Shown one piece after another: positions 10,251 through 19,558 of a stretch of DNA of 64,000 nucleotides. The position numbers were made by a program, and so were the translations under genes. The notes beneath the pieces were generated by a model. It worked only from the letters and a program-made list of their open reading frames with translations, ran no database searches and had not been told where the DNA came from. The DNA is from a virus. Taxonomy: Duplodnaviria; Caudoviricetes. Positions within the stretch are counted from its first letter, which is position 1, and each line of letters begins with the position of its first letter. Where the stretch lies: IMG/VR virus record IMGVR_UViG_2713896764_000001, positions 29,669-93,668 of that record. One strand, given 5' to 3'.

Positions 10251-10455
10251 TATTTTTAATAATATAAATATTATGGAAGCGCGGTTTTTGAAGAGATTTA
10301 TGTGAAAGGTAAGGTTCTAACGAACCTTACTTTCACGAAGAGTTTTCAATTCCGCAGGTAGTTTGAAGAGAAGTCGCGGAGTCTTAATCTTGATTGGAAG
10401 CTGGGTTCGCAAGAACCTTGCTTCCAATATATATAATATATTTTCTTAATATTAT
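10251..10455. repeat. Palindromic array A: five copies of a GGAARCNMGGTTY-like motif with AT-rich flanks
   Basis: Single copy 10274-10289; inverted pairs 10302-10336 and 10393-10428. Confidence 0.75.
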
Positions 10456-10733
10456 TAGGACATGCCTACTCGTGCGATCTGCTTGGCGAAAGCCCGCCCC
10501 AAAGTTGTCAGCAGCAGCGTCCGACGATTCTGACCTCCCTCTGAGCGCTTGCGGAGTTCGCCTTTGGTCAGCAGCCGTTTCTCGATCAGTGCTCGCAGGC
10601 TGAACTGAAAACTTTCTTTTGACGTTTTGTAAGGTAGCGACTCAAGAACCGAATCCAGATCTGCAATGCCTCGCACCTCTTCGACAATGAGGATTGTATG
10701 GATAATCTGTTTTTGTTTCTTGGTGAGAATCAT
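10455..10733 (-). CDS. Small winged-helix DNA-binding protein
   Basis: LTKKQKQII...FSLRALIEKRLL...LTTLGR pattern (MarR/LexA-N-like). Confidence 0.65.
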   Translation of the reverse strand: MILTKKQKQIIHTILIVEEVRGIADLDSVLESLPYKTSKESFQFSLRALIEKRLLTKGELRKRSEGGQNRRTLLLTTLGRAFAKQIARVGMS

Positions 10734-11641
10734 GCGGACTTAACCTCCTTCCACTCCCTTAATTTCTCCATGTTCAAAGGTTCGTTCATCCCCTGCCAGT
10801 AGAATGCCTCGATAGGCAGTTCCTTTGGCATTGACGCATTGCCGTAGTCAGGATTTTTGTAAGCACCGTAGATGGCCGTTGAAAAACATAGGTCTTGAAG
10901 CCCGGCAACAACCTCTTCGATGGACATTGTCTCGTAGAAGTCCTTAGCCCGTTTTTTGTTGTTCTTGCCAGCCTTATCTCGACTTGAATGCTTAAAATAA
11001 ACATCAATCAGAGCTTTTCGCGTCCGCTCACGCAGTGATGGGCTGAAATTCGCAATCTCCGCCATCACAGCGTCCACATCTGTCGGATCTGACTCGACGT
11101 ATAAGCTAAACGCTTTAAGCGCGTCTCGTCGCTTCTGTGGCGCAGGTGGCTTAACGAATTTGAAGCCAGCTTTCATGGCGAACGGATTGTATTTGGACAT
11201 GGCCGACTTAATCTCAATGACTTCCCTATCGTGCATACGGCACGCAAGGTTGATCATCTGGTAGCTAATTCCACAGCCGCGATACATGGTATCCAGCACA
11301 CACCGAGAAATTGTGCCGAACCAGCGCTTCGTGACCATCTTGCCTCGATAGGTATTGGTCAGCTTGGTTTCGGTGCCAGGTGCCATCTTGGGGAACATCA
11401 GGTGACGTTCGGCCAGAAGTAACTGCGGATACACGATAACAACAACACCAATCAGGTTGCCGTCCAGCTCACAGCGATAATACTCAGCAGCGCCAAAGCT
11501 ATTGCCAGCCTTGTAATGCAGTGATTTGAGGGCGTGCCAGTCCTCGACACTGCCCTTCTTCACTACAATGCGATCCATGAACGGCAGGCGGCTTGGAAAG
11601 TCCGAAGCCTTGTGGCGCTCAATAATCACATCATGCTGCAT
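10730..11641 (-). CDS. GNAT-fold (Mom-like) acetyltransferase
   Basis: LHY motif, ISRCVLDTMYRGCGIS acetyl-CoA motif, NPFAMKAGF. Confidence 0.75.
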   Translation of the reverse strand: MQHDVIIERHKASDFPSRLPFMDRIVVKKGSVEDWHALKSLHYKAGNSFGAAEYYRCELDGNLIGVVVIVYPQLLLAERHLMFPKMAPGTETKLTNTYRGKMVTKRWFGTISRCVLDTMYRGCGISYQMINLACRMHDREVIEIKSAMSKYNPFAMKAGFKFVKPPAPQKRRDALKAFSLYVESDPTDVDAVMAEIANFSPSLRERTRKALIDVYFKHSSRDKAGKNNKKRAKDFYETMSIEEVVAGLQDLCFSTAIYGAYKNPDYGNASMPKELPIEAFYWQGMNEPLNMEKLREWKEVKSA

Positions 11642-11981
11642 GAGGAACCTCAGCTAACTTTTCACAAAGCAGATAGCCTTCCAGTTGCCAGATTTCACGA
11701 TAGGCATTGTCAAAGGCCACCTTCTTGCCAATTTCCTCATCGTCGTTTTCCGGTGAGCAGCAGGCACTTGGTTTGCCGGTTACAGAGAAGCCGTTCACCA
11801 TGTTAATCACACACCAGCGAAGAATACCGCCGGTTGGCAGTGTGTGCTTGACGTATTCGACCGAATGGATGCGCTCGGCGATGCTTTCAACCGTTACGCG
11901 AGGGGCTGTAAGTCCCTTCTTGTCCATCATGTCCTGAATTTCGTTACGGCGGGTCAGTTCATTCATTTTTGCTCTCTCCAT
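11631..11981 (-). CDS. Gp49/Gp66-family phage protein
   Basis: APRVT...NGFSVTG.SAC.SPEN.D.EIG...IWQLEGYLL signature. Confidence 0.8.
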   Translation of the reverse strand: MERAKMNELTRRNEIQDMMDKKGLTAPRVTVESIAERIHSVEYVKHTLPTGGILRWCVINMVNGFSVTGKPSACCSPENDDEEIGKKVAFDNAYREIWQLEGYLLCEKLAEVPHAA

Positions 11982-12609
11982 GAACTTCTACGGCTACACG
12001 CTCCTTGTATAGCTTCGTAATGGTGATATCCGGCTTAATGCTTGAATGCAGGTCGCTATGCGTTGTTGCGACAAGTAATGTCGCCCCCGCGTTCCTAGCA
12101 GCACGTTGCAGGGAGTTGGAAATACACATAGCGGTTGTTCGGTCCAATACCGCACCAAACTCATCGGCAACCCAAACTTGGGCGCCTGACTCGACTAATT
12201 TGGCAATGCGCAGTCGGTAGCGCTGACCATCAGACAACTCACTCGGCTTACGGATGAAGAGATAGGCGTCATTCAGCCCTGCCACATTCATCAGCCCAAG
12301 CCCTTCGGTTGTTGTTTTGCCAATCTGGTCAATGAGGGTTTTGTCGTGGTCTAAAACCACATCATCAATCGTTTTGACCGACAGGTGCTTTGCCATTTGT
12401 GCCGCCAGCTCTCTTAGAATGACGGACTTGCCAGAACCACTTTGACCGGTGATGTAAACGACATCGCCTTGATTGATTTCCAATTTCAAGTTGTCGTAAA
12501 TCGTCCATGCCTCGTCCTCAATGCCTAAGCCAAATGACTCCGCAACTTCCATGACTCGCGGTGTTCGCTCCACCTTCGAGTTGAATGACTTATTGATCAC
12601 GTATTCCAT
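11959..12609 (-). CDS. Stand-alone ABC ATPase
   Basis: GQSGSGKS, LSDGQ, VADE, ATTH; no permease nearby. Confidence 0.9.
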   Translation of the reverse strand: MEYVINKSFNSKVERTPRVMEVAESFGLGIEDEAWTIYDNLKLEINQGDVVYITGQSGSGKSVILRELAAQMAKHLSVKTIDDVVLDHDKTLIDQIGKTTTEGLGLMNVAGLNDAYLFIRKPSELSDGQRYRLRIAKLVESGAQVWVADEFGAVLDRTTAMCISNSLQRAARNAGATLLVATTHSDLHSSIKPDITITKLYKERVAVEVHGESKNE

Positions 12610-12623
12610 TGCCAGTCACCTCG

Positions 12624-13391
12624 TTAAGAAATCAGCATTGATTCCAGCTCTTCGAGGTCGCTGGATACGTGCGGATCTGGCGTTTCGCTGAAATCCATCA
12701 CCTCTTCGGCTTTAGCCAGGTCGCGTTTGGCGTATTCGACAAGAGCGGCAGCTCCCGATCGTCCGGTCAGCTCTTCCATCATGGCAACCCAACGAATGAT
12801 TGTGCGCCCGTCCTTCATCGGCACTTCGCGGAAGCCAAAGGCATCTGAAATTTTCAGTTTGGACTCGGCAATTTCCTCACCGATTTCTTCGTTCTCTTCT
12901 GCAATGCGGCTTGCCTCCATCGAAACGTCCGAAATCAGCATTTCCTCGCCCAAATCACTGGAAAGCAGGTCTTCGGTCATCATTTGCAGCTCTTTGTCGT
13001 CAAACCCAAATAGGTTTTCAGAGCTATCCGCCGACAGAATCTCGTTGATCTCTTCTTCCAGCAGCTCCATATCATAATCGGTAGAGGCCAGCCGGTTATC
13101 TTCAAGACGTTTGGCGGCAACTTCTGTATCGGTCAGATCACTACGGATAATTACCGGAATTTCACTCAGTCCTGCGAAAATTGCAGCTTCGGTTCGCCCG
13201 TGGCCGGTAATAATGACCATGTCTTTATCGACCGTAACCGGCTGGTCGAATCCACGCTTAACAATTGCGGCAGACAACGCTTCAATCTGTTTTTTGTTAT
13301 GGATTTTGGCGTTTTTTTCGTAAGGAATGAGTGTTTTGGGGTCTAGATAGACAACCTCAAGCTGTAAATCCTTCATCAGCTCGCTCTCCAT
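12624..13391 (-). CDS. ParB/Srx N-terminal domain protein
   Basis: PYEKNAKIH...GFDQPV...IITGHGRTEAA...DNRL; acidic C-terminus. Confidence 0.88.
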   Translation of the reverse strand: MESELMKDLQLEVVYLDPKTLIPYEKNAKIHNKKQIEALSAAIVKRGFDQPVTVDKDMVIITGHGRTEAAIFAGLSEIPVIIRSDLTDTEVAAKRLEDNRLASTDYDMELLEEEINEILSADSSENLFGFDDKELQMMTEDLLSSDLGEEMLISDVSMEASRIAEENEEIGEEIAESKLKISDAFGFREVPMKDGRTIIRWVAMMEELTGRSGAAALVEYAKRDLAKAEEVMDFSETPDPHVSSDLEELESMLIS

Positions 13392-14056
13392 TGCTCAATG
13401 ATGTATGCAAGTGCTTCCCCTGCATCTTCCATGTCATTGCCCGTCTTGATGCCTTGCGATTTCACCACAGCACTGATGGCATCACGCACTGCACCTGCAT
13501 ATTCGTTTGGCACTTTAAAGCGCATCATCTGTCCCGAAGCGACCGATTCCTGATCTAGCTTCTCCATTGTGCGTTCAATCTCTTCTTCCCGCTCTGAATC
13601 GTCATCCAGACCATCAAAGATCGAGTCATCCAATGCTGCCGAACTGATTGCGATATCCAAATCTGAGCTGATTAGTGCGATTTCCGACATAGAAACATCA
13701 AATACCGCGTCAATTTCTTCAATCAGGCGAGCCAGTGCCAGCTCATCGTCTTCGCCATAACGCTCGTTGTCCAAAACCCCGATTCGTTTGGCTTCGGCTT
13801 CGGAGATTTCGCCCAAATCAGCAATGTCGATCTCATCCCAGCCAAGAACCATCGCAGCTTTCCAGCGATGTTCTCCGCCGATAATCTCGAACTCGTCTCC
13901 AAGTCGTCGAACTACTACGGGCTTGAAGGAACCGACTTCCTCAATCGAGCGCACCAGCTTGTCGAAATCTGGCGGCGACATTGAGTTAGTGTTCCAAGTG
14001 TTTGGCCTAAGACTGTTCACACTTACACGCCGGAAGGTGATGGTGTTTTTTGCCAT
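13376..14056 (-). CDS. ParB/Srx N-terminal domain protein
   Basis: LRPNTWNTN...IIGGEHRWKAA; acidic C-terminus. Confidence 0.88.
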   Translation of the reverse strand: MAKNTITFRRVSVNSLRPNTWNTNSMSPPDFDKLVRSIEEVGSFKPVVVRRLGDEFEIIGGEHRWKAAMVLGWDEIDIADLGEISEAEAKRIGVLDNERYGEDDELALARLIEEIDAVFDVSMSEIALISSDLDIAISSAALDDSIFDGLDDDSEREEEIERTMEKLDQESVASGQMMRFKVPNEYAGAVRDAISAVVKSQGIKTGNDMEDAGEALAYIIEQWRAS

Positions 14057-14103
14057 TTTTCTCAGTTTTCTAACTTTTTTTACTTATAAACTTTTGCTTA
14101 AAA

Positions 14104-14160
14104 TAAGTCACTAATTACTTATCAATCGTAGATTATGTGCCTTTCGTAGTTTTCAGGCAA
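14104..14160 (-). promoter_or_regulatory. Sigma70 promoter TTGCCT-N17-CATAAT for the ParB operon, followed by an operator at 14104-14121
   Basis: -35 at 14155-14160, -10 at 14132-14137. Confidence 0.65.
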
Positions 14161-14170
14161 GGAGTAAGAT

Positions 14171-15763
14171 TTGAAAACTGTCGCTATCATCCGCAACGCT
14201 GTTACTGCGCAGCTCGTCAATGCTGACCGAGACGCAAAACAGATCGTTCAAAAAGCCCTTAGCTACGTAGTTGAGGGGGCAAAGTATTCCTCTACTGGCT
14301 GGGATGGAACGTCTACGTTCTTTGATTGGGGAACGTGCAAATTCCCTGCTGGCTTCACCAATGCCATCGCAACCCGTCTAAAGAAGAGCGGCTACAAGGT
14401 CATCACCAAGCGCAAAGAAATGGTTAAGCCGCTTGGAAAGCCAAATCCGGTGGTTAACGCATTCCCACCTAACCCGTTCTACGCATATCAAGATCTGACC
14501 GTTGAGCGTTTGGTTGAAATGGGCGGTATGGTGGCTCAAGTGGCAACCGGTGGTGGTAAGTCGGTTATTGCCTGCAAAGCACTGGCGCGTATCAACCGAC
14601 AGACACTCTTCATCACGACTCGCGGTGTGCTGATGCACCAGATGGCCGGCAACTTCGAAAAATCTCTTGAATACCGCAAGTCCATTGGTGAGTTACCTGC
14701 GGGTGCTTTCGTCGGCATCTTGGGTGATGGTGAATTTACCATGTCCAAGTATGTGAACGTGGCTACCGTCCAGACACTAGCCAAGGCACTTGAAGATCCA
14801 AAGGCGGATTGGGATTCGGCGAAGAAGAAAAAGCACCTGGCTAAACGTAAGGTCGTGCTCGATATGCTTGAGCGCACCTCTCTGCTGATCCTCGAAGAAG
14901 CCCATGAATCATCCGGCGGCCAATTCTATGCCATCGCAAATGCCTGTAAGAACGCAGATTACCGGCTTGCCCTGACTGCTACGCCATTCATGAAAGACAG
15001 CGCAGAGGCAAACATGCGCTTAATGGCCGTGTCCGGAAGTATCGGCATCAAGGTAACAGAAGAGTTCCTGATTAATGCCGGTATTCTGGCTCGCCCTTAC
15101 TTCAAATACATTGAATGCACTCATCTACACGACAGAGAGCGCTTTGATGCGAAGCCCGAACTTGCCAAGAAATACCCTAACACCAACTTGTCTTGGGGCG
15201 CTCCATATCAGAGAGCATACACACTTGGCGTTACCTACAACTTCCAGCGCAACCGACTGATCGTAGCGCAAGCCAAAGAGTTCAAGGACTACGGGCTAAG
15301 CACGATGCTGCTGATTAAGCACAAAGACCACGGGCGTATCTTGTCTGAAATGATGAGCGCACTTGGCATCAAGGTTGAGTTCATCTTCGGCGACTCGAAC
15401 CAAAGTAAGCGTGAAGCGGCACTGAAGAAGCTGGCAACTCGCAAAATTGACGTGCTTATCGGCTCGACCATCTTGGACGTAGGCGTTGACGTTCCGGCTG
15501 TAGGCGCAGTTATTCTTGCCGGTTCGGGTAAGGCAGAAGTAGAGCTTCGCCAGCGTATCGGTCGAGGTTTACGCGCCAAGAAAGATGCCGCGAACATCTG
15601 TTTTGTCGTGGACTTCATCGACAAGTGCAACAAGCACCTCTACAAACACTCGGAAGAGCGCCGTGCCATTGTCCACTCCACTAAGGGCTTCGCAGAGGGC
15701 ATTCTTCCGCAAGGGACCAACTTCGACTACAGCCTGCTAAAACAGAGCCATAAGGTTGCGTGA
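14171..15763 (+). CDS. SF2 DEAD/DEAH-like helicase
   Basis: ATGGGKS, EEAH, TATP, GVDVP, QRIGRGLR. Confidence 0.93.
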   Translation: MKTVAIIRNAVTAQLVNADRDAKQIVQKALSYVVEGAKYSSTGWDGTSTFFDWGTCKFPAGFTNAIATRLKKSGYKVITKRKEMVKPLGKPNPVVNAFPPNPFYAYQDLTVERLVEMGGMVAQVATGGGKSVIACKALARINRQTLFITTRGVLMHQMAGNFEKSLEYRKSIGELPAGAFVGILGDGEFTMSKYVNVATVQTLAKALEDPKADWDSAKKKKHLAKRKVVLDMLERTSLLILEEAHESSGGQFYAIANACKNADYRLALTATPFMKDSAEANMRLMAVSGSIGIKVTEEFLINAGILARPYFKYIECTHLHDRERFDAKPELAKKYPNTNLSWGAPYQRAYTLGVTYNFQRNRLIVAQAKEFKDYGLSTMLLIKHKDHGRILSEMMSALGIKVEFIFGDSNQSKREAALKKLATRKIDVLIGSTILDVGVDVPAVGAVILAGSGKAEVELRQRIGRGLRAKKDAANICFVVDFIDKCNKHLYKHSEERRAIVHSTKGFAEGILPQGTNFDYSLLKQSHKVA

Positions 15764-16041
15764 TGAGCGAAAAGAGTTTTGTGAATATCAACGTGAAGGT
15801 AAGCAACCAGGCTGTAGCGAACCTACGAAGCGCCATGAAGCAGTCAAAGACCAAGAATGGTGTGAAGCTGGACAGAGGGGCTGTGGTGTCTGCTGCGCTT
15901 GAGAGTTTTACGCAAGACCAGTGGGAGAAAGTTTTACAGCCATTGGTCGAGCAAGCTCTAAGGTTTCGAGAGCTTGAGAGCCTGATAAAACAAGGCAAGC
16001 ACGTATCACCAGAAGATATTCAGAGCCTTTTCATGGGCTGA
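15760..16041 (+). CDS. Hypothetical protein, possibly ribbon-helix-helix DNA binding
   Basis: Start overlaps helicase stop; VNINVKVS strand followed by helices. Confidence 0.55.
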   Translation: MMSEKSFVNINVKVSNQAVANLRSAMKQSKTKNGVKLDRGAVVSAALESFTQDQWEKVLQPLVEQALRFRELESLIKQGKHVSPEDIQSLFMG

Positions 16042-16044
16042 GAC

Positions 16045-16068
16045 AAGGGGCGGAAGCCCCTTTCTTTT
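16045..16068 (+). terminator. Rho-independent terminator
   Basis: AAGGGGC-GGAA-GCCCCTT followed by T tract. Confidence 0.8.
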
Positions 16069-16631
16069 GCCCGTTTCATGGCTCAGAGCTATAAGGCTGC
16101 CCCACTTTTCAAATCGGTAATATTTTGGTGTCCACTTTTAGGGACGGCGAGCTATAAGGTCAGTGGAATTTCAGGGGGTCGGCTGGTGTCAGTTGGTCAC
16201 TTTGGGTCAATTGGGTCAGGCTGGGTCTATAGGCTAAACAAGATACAGAGGCTCTACTGTCCCTAAATGTTATTGGGTCTATACAAGGGCTATAAGGTTA
16301 GTGGGCAAAAACAGGGATTTCTGCCGAGGCAATGCTTTCCAACCAACTCGTTTTTTTCTAAGACTTCCGTTCTTTCAGTCAAAAATAAATCACGCTCAAA
16401 TCGCACCAGAATCGCAGCCAGAAAGCGACAAAGGATTAAAGCCATGCGCTCGCACCACTAACAAGGAAAAGCGCTGAGAATGGCATACAGAAAGGATTTT
16501 AAAGAGGATGAAAAACGCGTAAAAAAAATCCGCCACTCGGGCGGATCTTGTGTTTTTGAAACTGGCAATTTTTCTTGTTGTGGTAGTGGCGTATTTTCGC
16601 CACCACATTTAATAAGTCACCGGTGACTAAT

Positions 16632-17360
16632 TTACTGAGCGTTAACAAAAACACTTAGTGACTCAAATTTGCTGCTAAGCAGTTGAAGCAATTTTGAATT
16701 TTCAGCCAGTTGCACTGTTCCGCTATCATTTGAAAGTTTCGCCTTGCTAGTCACTTCGAAGGCGCCCAATTTAACAAGCATTGACAGAATCATTTGAGAC
16801 TGGCGATTAGTCTTTTCGCGTTTAGCATTCAATTCCACTTCGCACAATTCCGGATTTGCTTTGCGCCATGCTTCAACCTTAACGTCGCTGTAAAATTCGC
16901 GGAATTGTTTCACTGTAAAGCTATATGTTCCCATTTCTTCAATCAGTTTAAACGGAATGATTACATTAGTTTCAGTTGAGCGCGCTACTGTATATTCGAA
17001 ATTCTTTTGTCCGAAGATAAACGCCAGTTTTTCTAGTGAATACATATCAGCGCAAATATCCGCTAGATTCAGTTGGTTTTCTTTTTGCATTTGATAGTTT
17101 GCGCTTGCTGCTTTCTGATCGTTTTCTACCATTGCAAGGAATTGAGAAACATATCGGGCGCGTTTCTTTTCCGTGCGGATAGTTGCTGTTAGATCTTTTT
17201 CACGCTGTTTGTCGTTTGTTTCCGCTAGTGCTTTTTCCAGCTCTTCAACTTTGCTATCAATGACAGCTTGAATGTTTTTCACGTTTTGGACAGCATCAGC
17301 TTTAGATTTTACGTTTACAGTTTCAGCGTTAGCGATGTAAGATACAGTTGATTTAGCCAT
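16632..17360 (-). CDS. Hypothetical protein, probably strongly expressed early gene
   Basis: 242 aa, RBS TAAGGA, consensus-like promoter upstream. Confidence 0.8.
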   Translation of the reverse strand: MAKSTVSYIANAETVNVKSKADAVQNVKNIQAVIDSKVEELEKALAETNDKQREKDLTATIRTEKKRARYVSQFLAMVENDQKAASANYQMQKENQLNLADICADMYSLEKLAFIFGQKNFEYTVARSTETNVIIPFKLIEEMGTYSFTVKQFREFYSDVKVEAWRKANPELCEVELNAKREKTNRQSQMILSMLVKLGAFEVTSKAKLSNDSGTVQLAENSKLLQLLSSKFESLSVFVNAQ

Positions 17361-17445
17361 GATAGTTATTCCTTAATTACTGGTTACCTGATACTTGGTT
17401 AACTCATCGAAACTTTGGATTGGTGTCTCTCGTTTCGATGTGGCA

Positions 17446-17474
17446 ATTATGGAACTTTCGAGCAAAACCAGCAA
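17446..17474 (-). promoter_or_regulatory. Sigma70 promoter TTGCTG-N17-CATAAT with A-tract UP element
   Basis: Read directly on the minus strand. Confidence 0.65.
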
Positions 17475-17796
17475 GTGTTTTTTTCGGAATTTTTCGGCTT
17501 TAATGCTTTTTGTGACCTACTGCGTAATTTATTAATTAAGTAGGCTTGATTGGCTAAATCATATTCAAACCTGCAATTCTGGTTATTGATTTTTCTTTAT
17601 TTCTTGGTTATTCGCGTCACGCGATCTATATACCAGCGGAAAAAGTCGGCTTTATTGCTCAAGCCTGCCGGACGGTGTCAACCTTCCCTGAAATAAAACC
17701 TTCTGAAAACTCCGGTAAGCCTTCCCTTATATTTTTTTACCCCCTAATTTGTCTGCGAATACAAATTTCCCTAACTCTGCACTATTCGCCCTGCCC

Positions 17797-17842
17797 CCTT
17801 TCCCTAATTTTTGCGGCTGGACACCGGAAATTGAAATACCTG
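17797..17842 (+). repeat. 46-bp dispersed direct repeat, copy 1 (others at 20923-20968 and 21055-21100)
   Basis: 39/46 identity to copy 2 by manual alignment. Confidence 0.8.
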
Positions 17843-18002
17843 AGTTTACGTCCCGCGAGGTGTTTGGAGCCGGAGTTGCTGTTTTGAGGCTGGAAGTGCC
17901 GCGAGGTGGTCTGATTGGTTATTTAGACGAGAGTTAGCCAGGTTAAATGTGTTGCCCTTGGAATATGGCCTTGCGGTATGTTGCGGGCAAAAGAAAGGGA
18001 GC

Positions 18003-18407
18003 TTACTGCTCCCCGAATACTTCTCTTAGGATTTTGGCAACGGTTCTCTTGGTGCCTTTGATGTTCACGACATATGGCTTCCCGTCCTTCATGGACGCCT
18101 TCTTTGGTCGGATGGTGACGCAGTCGCCTTTATTGCTTAGGAAATATTTGCCGTTGAACTCCGGAACCTCTTTCCAGACAACTTTGCCATCGGCTTGCTC
18201 TTGAGTCGTAAACAACTCATCGACAAAGGTATTGGACTGTCGCTTCCACTTGCTGCCGTCTTCTCTGATAAGCGTGAAGTGGTAGTAATCACCGTTGCTG
18301 GCTCTGGTCTTCTTTAGCGACCGCAGCTCCCTGATTTCTCCGTCCTCGTTAATCTGATATCCCTCGAACTCCGGAATATCACGCCATTCTTGATAATCGC
18401 CTTTCAT
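18003..18407 (-). CDS. Tandem NUMOD4-like domain protein without HNH
   Basis: EWRDIPEFEGYQINEDGEIR and VWKEVPEFNGKYFLSNKGD; promoter TTGCTT-N17-TACAAT at 18444-18472. Confidence 0.75.
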   Translation of the reverse strand: MKGDYQEWRDIPEFEGYQINEDGEIRELRSLKKTRASNGDYYHFTLIREDGSKWKRQSNTFVDELFTTQEQADGKVVWKEVPEFNGKYFLSNKGDCVTIRPKKASMKDGKPYVVNIKGTKRTVAKILREVFGEQ

Positions 18408-18551
18408 ACGTCAGTATCTTTATTTTTTGGTTAGCGTGGCGGAATTGTATGTCTGAGAGCTTATCGAAGCAATGCCAGCACCTTCGCCTAATTTGTCTGT
18501 TGCCTGAAGGAAAAGGCAGAAAAGACAGTGCTAAATCAGTCAGGTCAAATA

Positions 18552-18796
18552 GACAAAAGGATCGGCGAAGAAGTTTTATCTCCTTGCCGATCCCCTGTCA
18601 TGGCAGTGGCAGCATTACAATAGAGAAACGGGTGGCTTCCCTTTCGGTAAGAGAAGCAATGAAAAAGTGCTTACCTTGCACTCCACCGAGGAAGGAACTT
18701 AGCGAAGCTAACCGGAGAAACGCAACATCAAGCAAGGTAAGCAAAATGGGCGGCAGTCCGGCTCGGTGAGAGGACAAGTAACACCACCGAACTGCC
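18552..18796. ncRNA. Candidate structured RNA or ssDNA element
   Basis: Helices 18559-68/18584-93, 18668-79/18732-43 (12 bp perfect), 18752-68/18785-96. Confidence 0.4.
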
Positions 18797-18842
18797 TAAT
18801 TCTATATATGGGAATAATTCCCGTAGTCCTCTTTACTGGCTG

Positions 18843-19193
18843 TCAGCCTTCAACGGTTTCCATTTCATCTAGCGCCGCAGTAAGCGTCGTAGGTGTCATG
18901 GAAAAGGTCGCTTTATCCATCCAGTAGTAACGGCCATCAGAGCCGCGCATAAGCTGTTTGTGCTGGAAGAACTGTAGCGGGTGAGCTGAGTAAGTCACCG
19001 CATCAGCTTTCTCCGTCGCTTTGCGCTTGCGTCGCAGTTGCTTACTGCGCTGCTTACGTTCACGCTCTAATGTCTTCGCCAGCAGCTTGTCAATGCGCTG
19101 CTCAGTGCGGATCTGTTCACGATCCGAATCAGTCATGTAAGCTAACTTATACTCAGAACGCTTACGTGCCTGTTCTTGTGTATATGCAAACAT
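18843..19193 (-). CDS. Basic hypothetical protein
   Basis: RBS GAGGA; operator-like site at 19245-19262 upstream. Confidence 0.7.
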   Translation of the reverse strand: MFAYTQEQARKRSEYKLAYMTDSDREQIRTEQRIDKLLAKTLERERKQRSKQLRRKRKATEKADAVTYSAHPLQFFQHKQLMRGSDGRYYWMDKATFSMTPTTLTAALDEMETVEG

Positions 19194-19315
19194 ATTTTTG
19201 TCCTCTCGCTTGCTGGATAAGGGGCAATGACCAAATCCCCCTGATAAGCCAGCGCTTACTATTCTGCATACTGAAAAAGTAAATGCAACACCAAAATTAA
19301 CTAAGCGCTTACCTA

Positions 19316-19558
19316 TTAAGCGGCATTTAAAAATTGGGATAGTTTCTCAGGTTGAATCCCCAAGGTGCGAACACAGGCTCTTTCGATAGCCGCAAGACTC
19401 GCTGTAGACAGATAAGCACCGCTCTTTGCCTTTTTGGACATAACTACCAGGTCAAAACGCTGAATGCCGTTTTCTGTGTTGTAGGTGGTCAGGCGTGCTT
19501 CAACGTTTCCGTCTTTGCAGAGCCCGATAACTTGAATTGTGTCTTTTGCGATTTGCAT
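19316..19558 (-). CDS. Hypothetical protein
   Basis: RBS GGAG and own promoter-like motif. Confidence 0.65.
   Translation of the reverse strand: MQIAKDTIQVIGLCKDGNVEARLTTYNTENGIQRFDLVVMSKKAKSGAYLSTASLAAIERACVRTLGIQPEKLSQFLNAA

Noticed and set aside
12624-14056. ParABS partition locus
   Set aside because: No ParA in the window; both proteins look like ParB-N domains with acidic tails and no clear HTH
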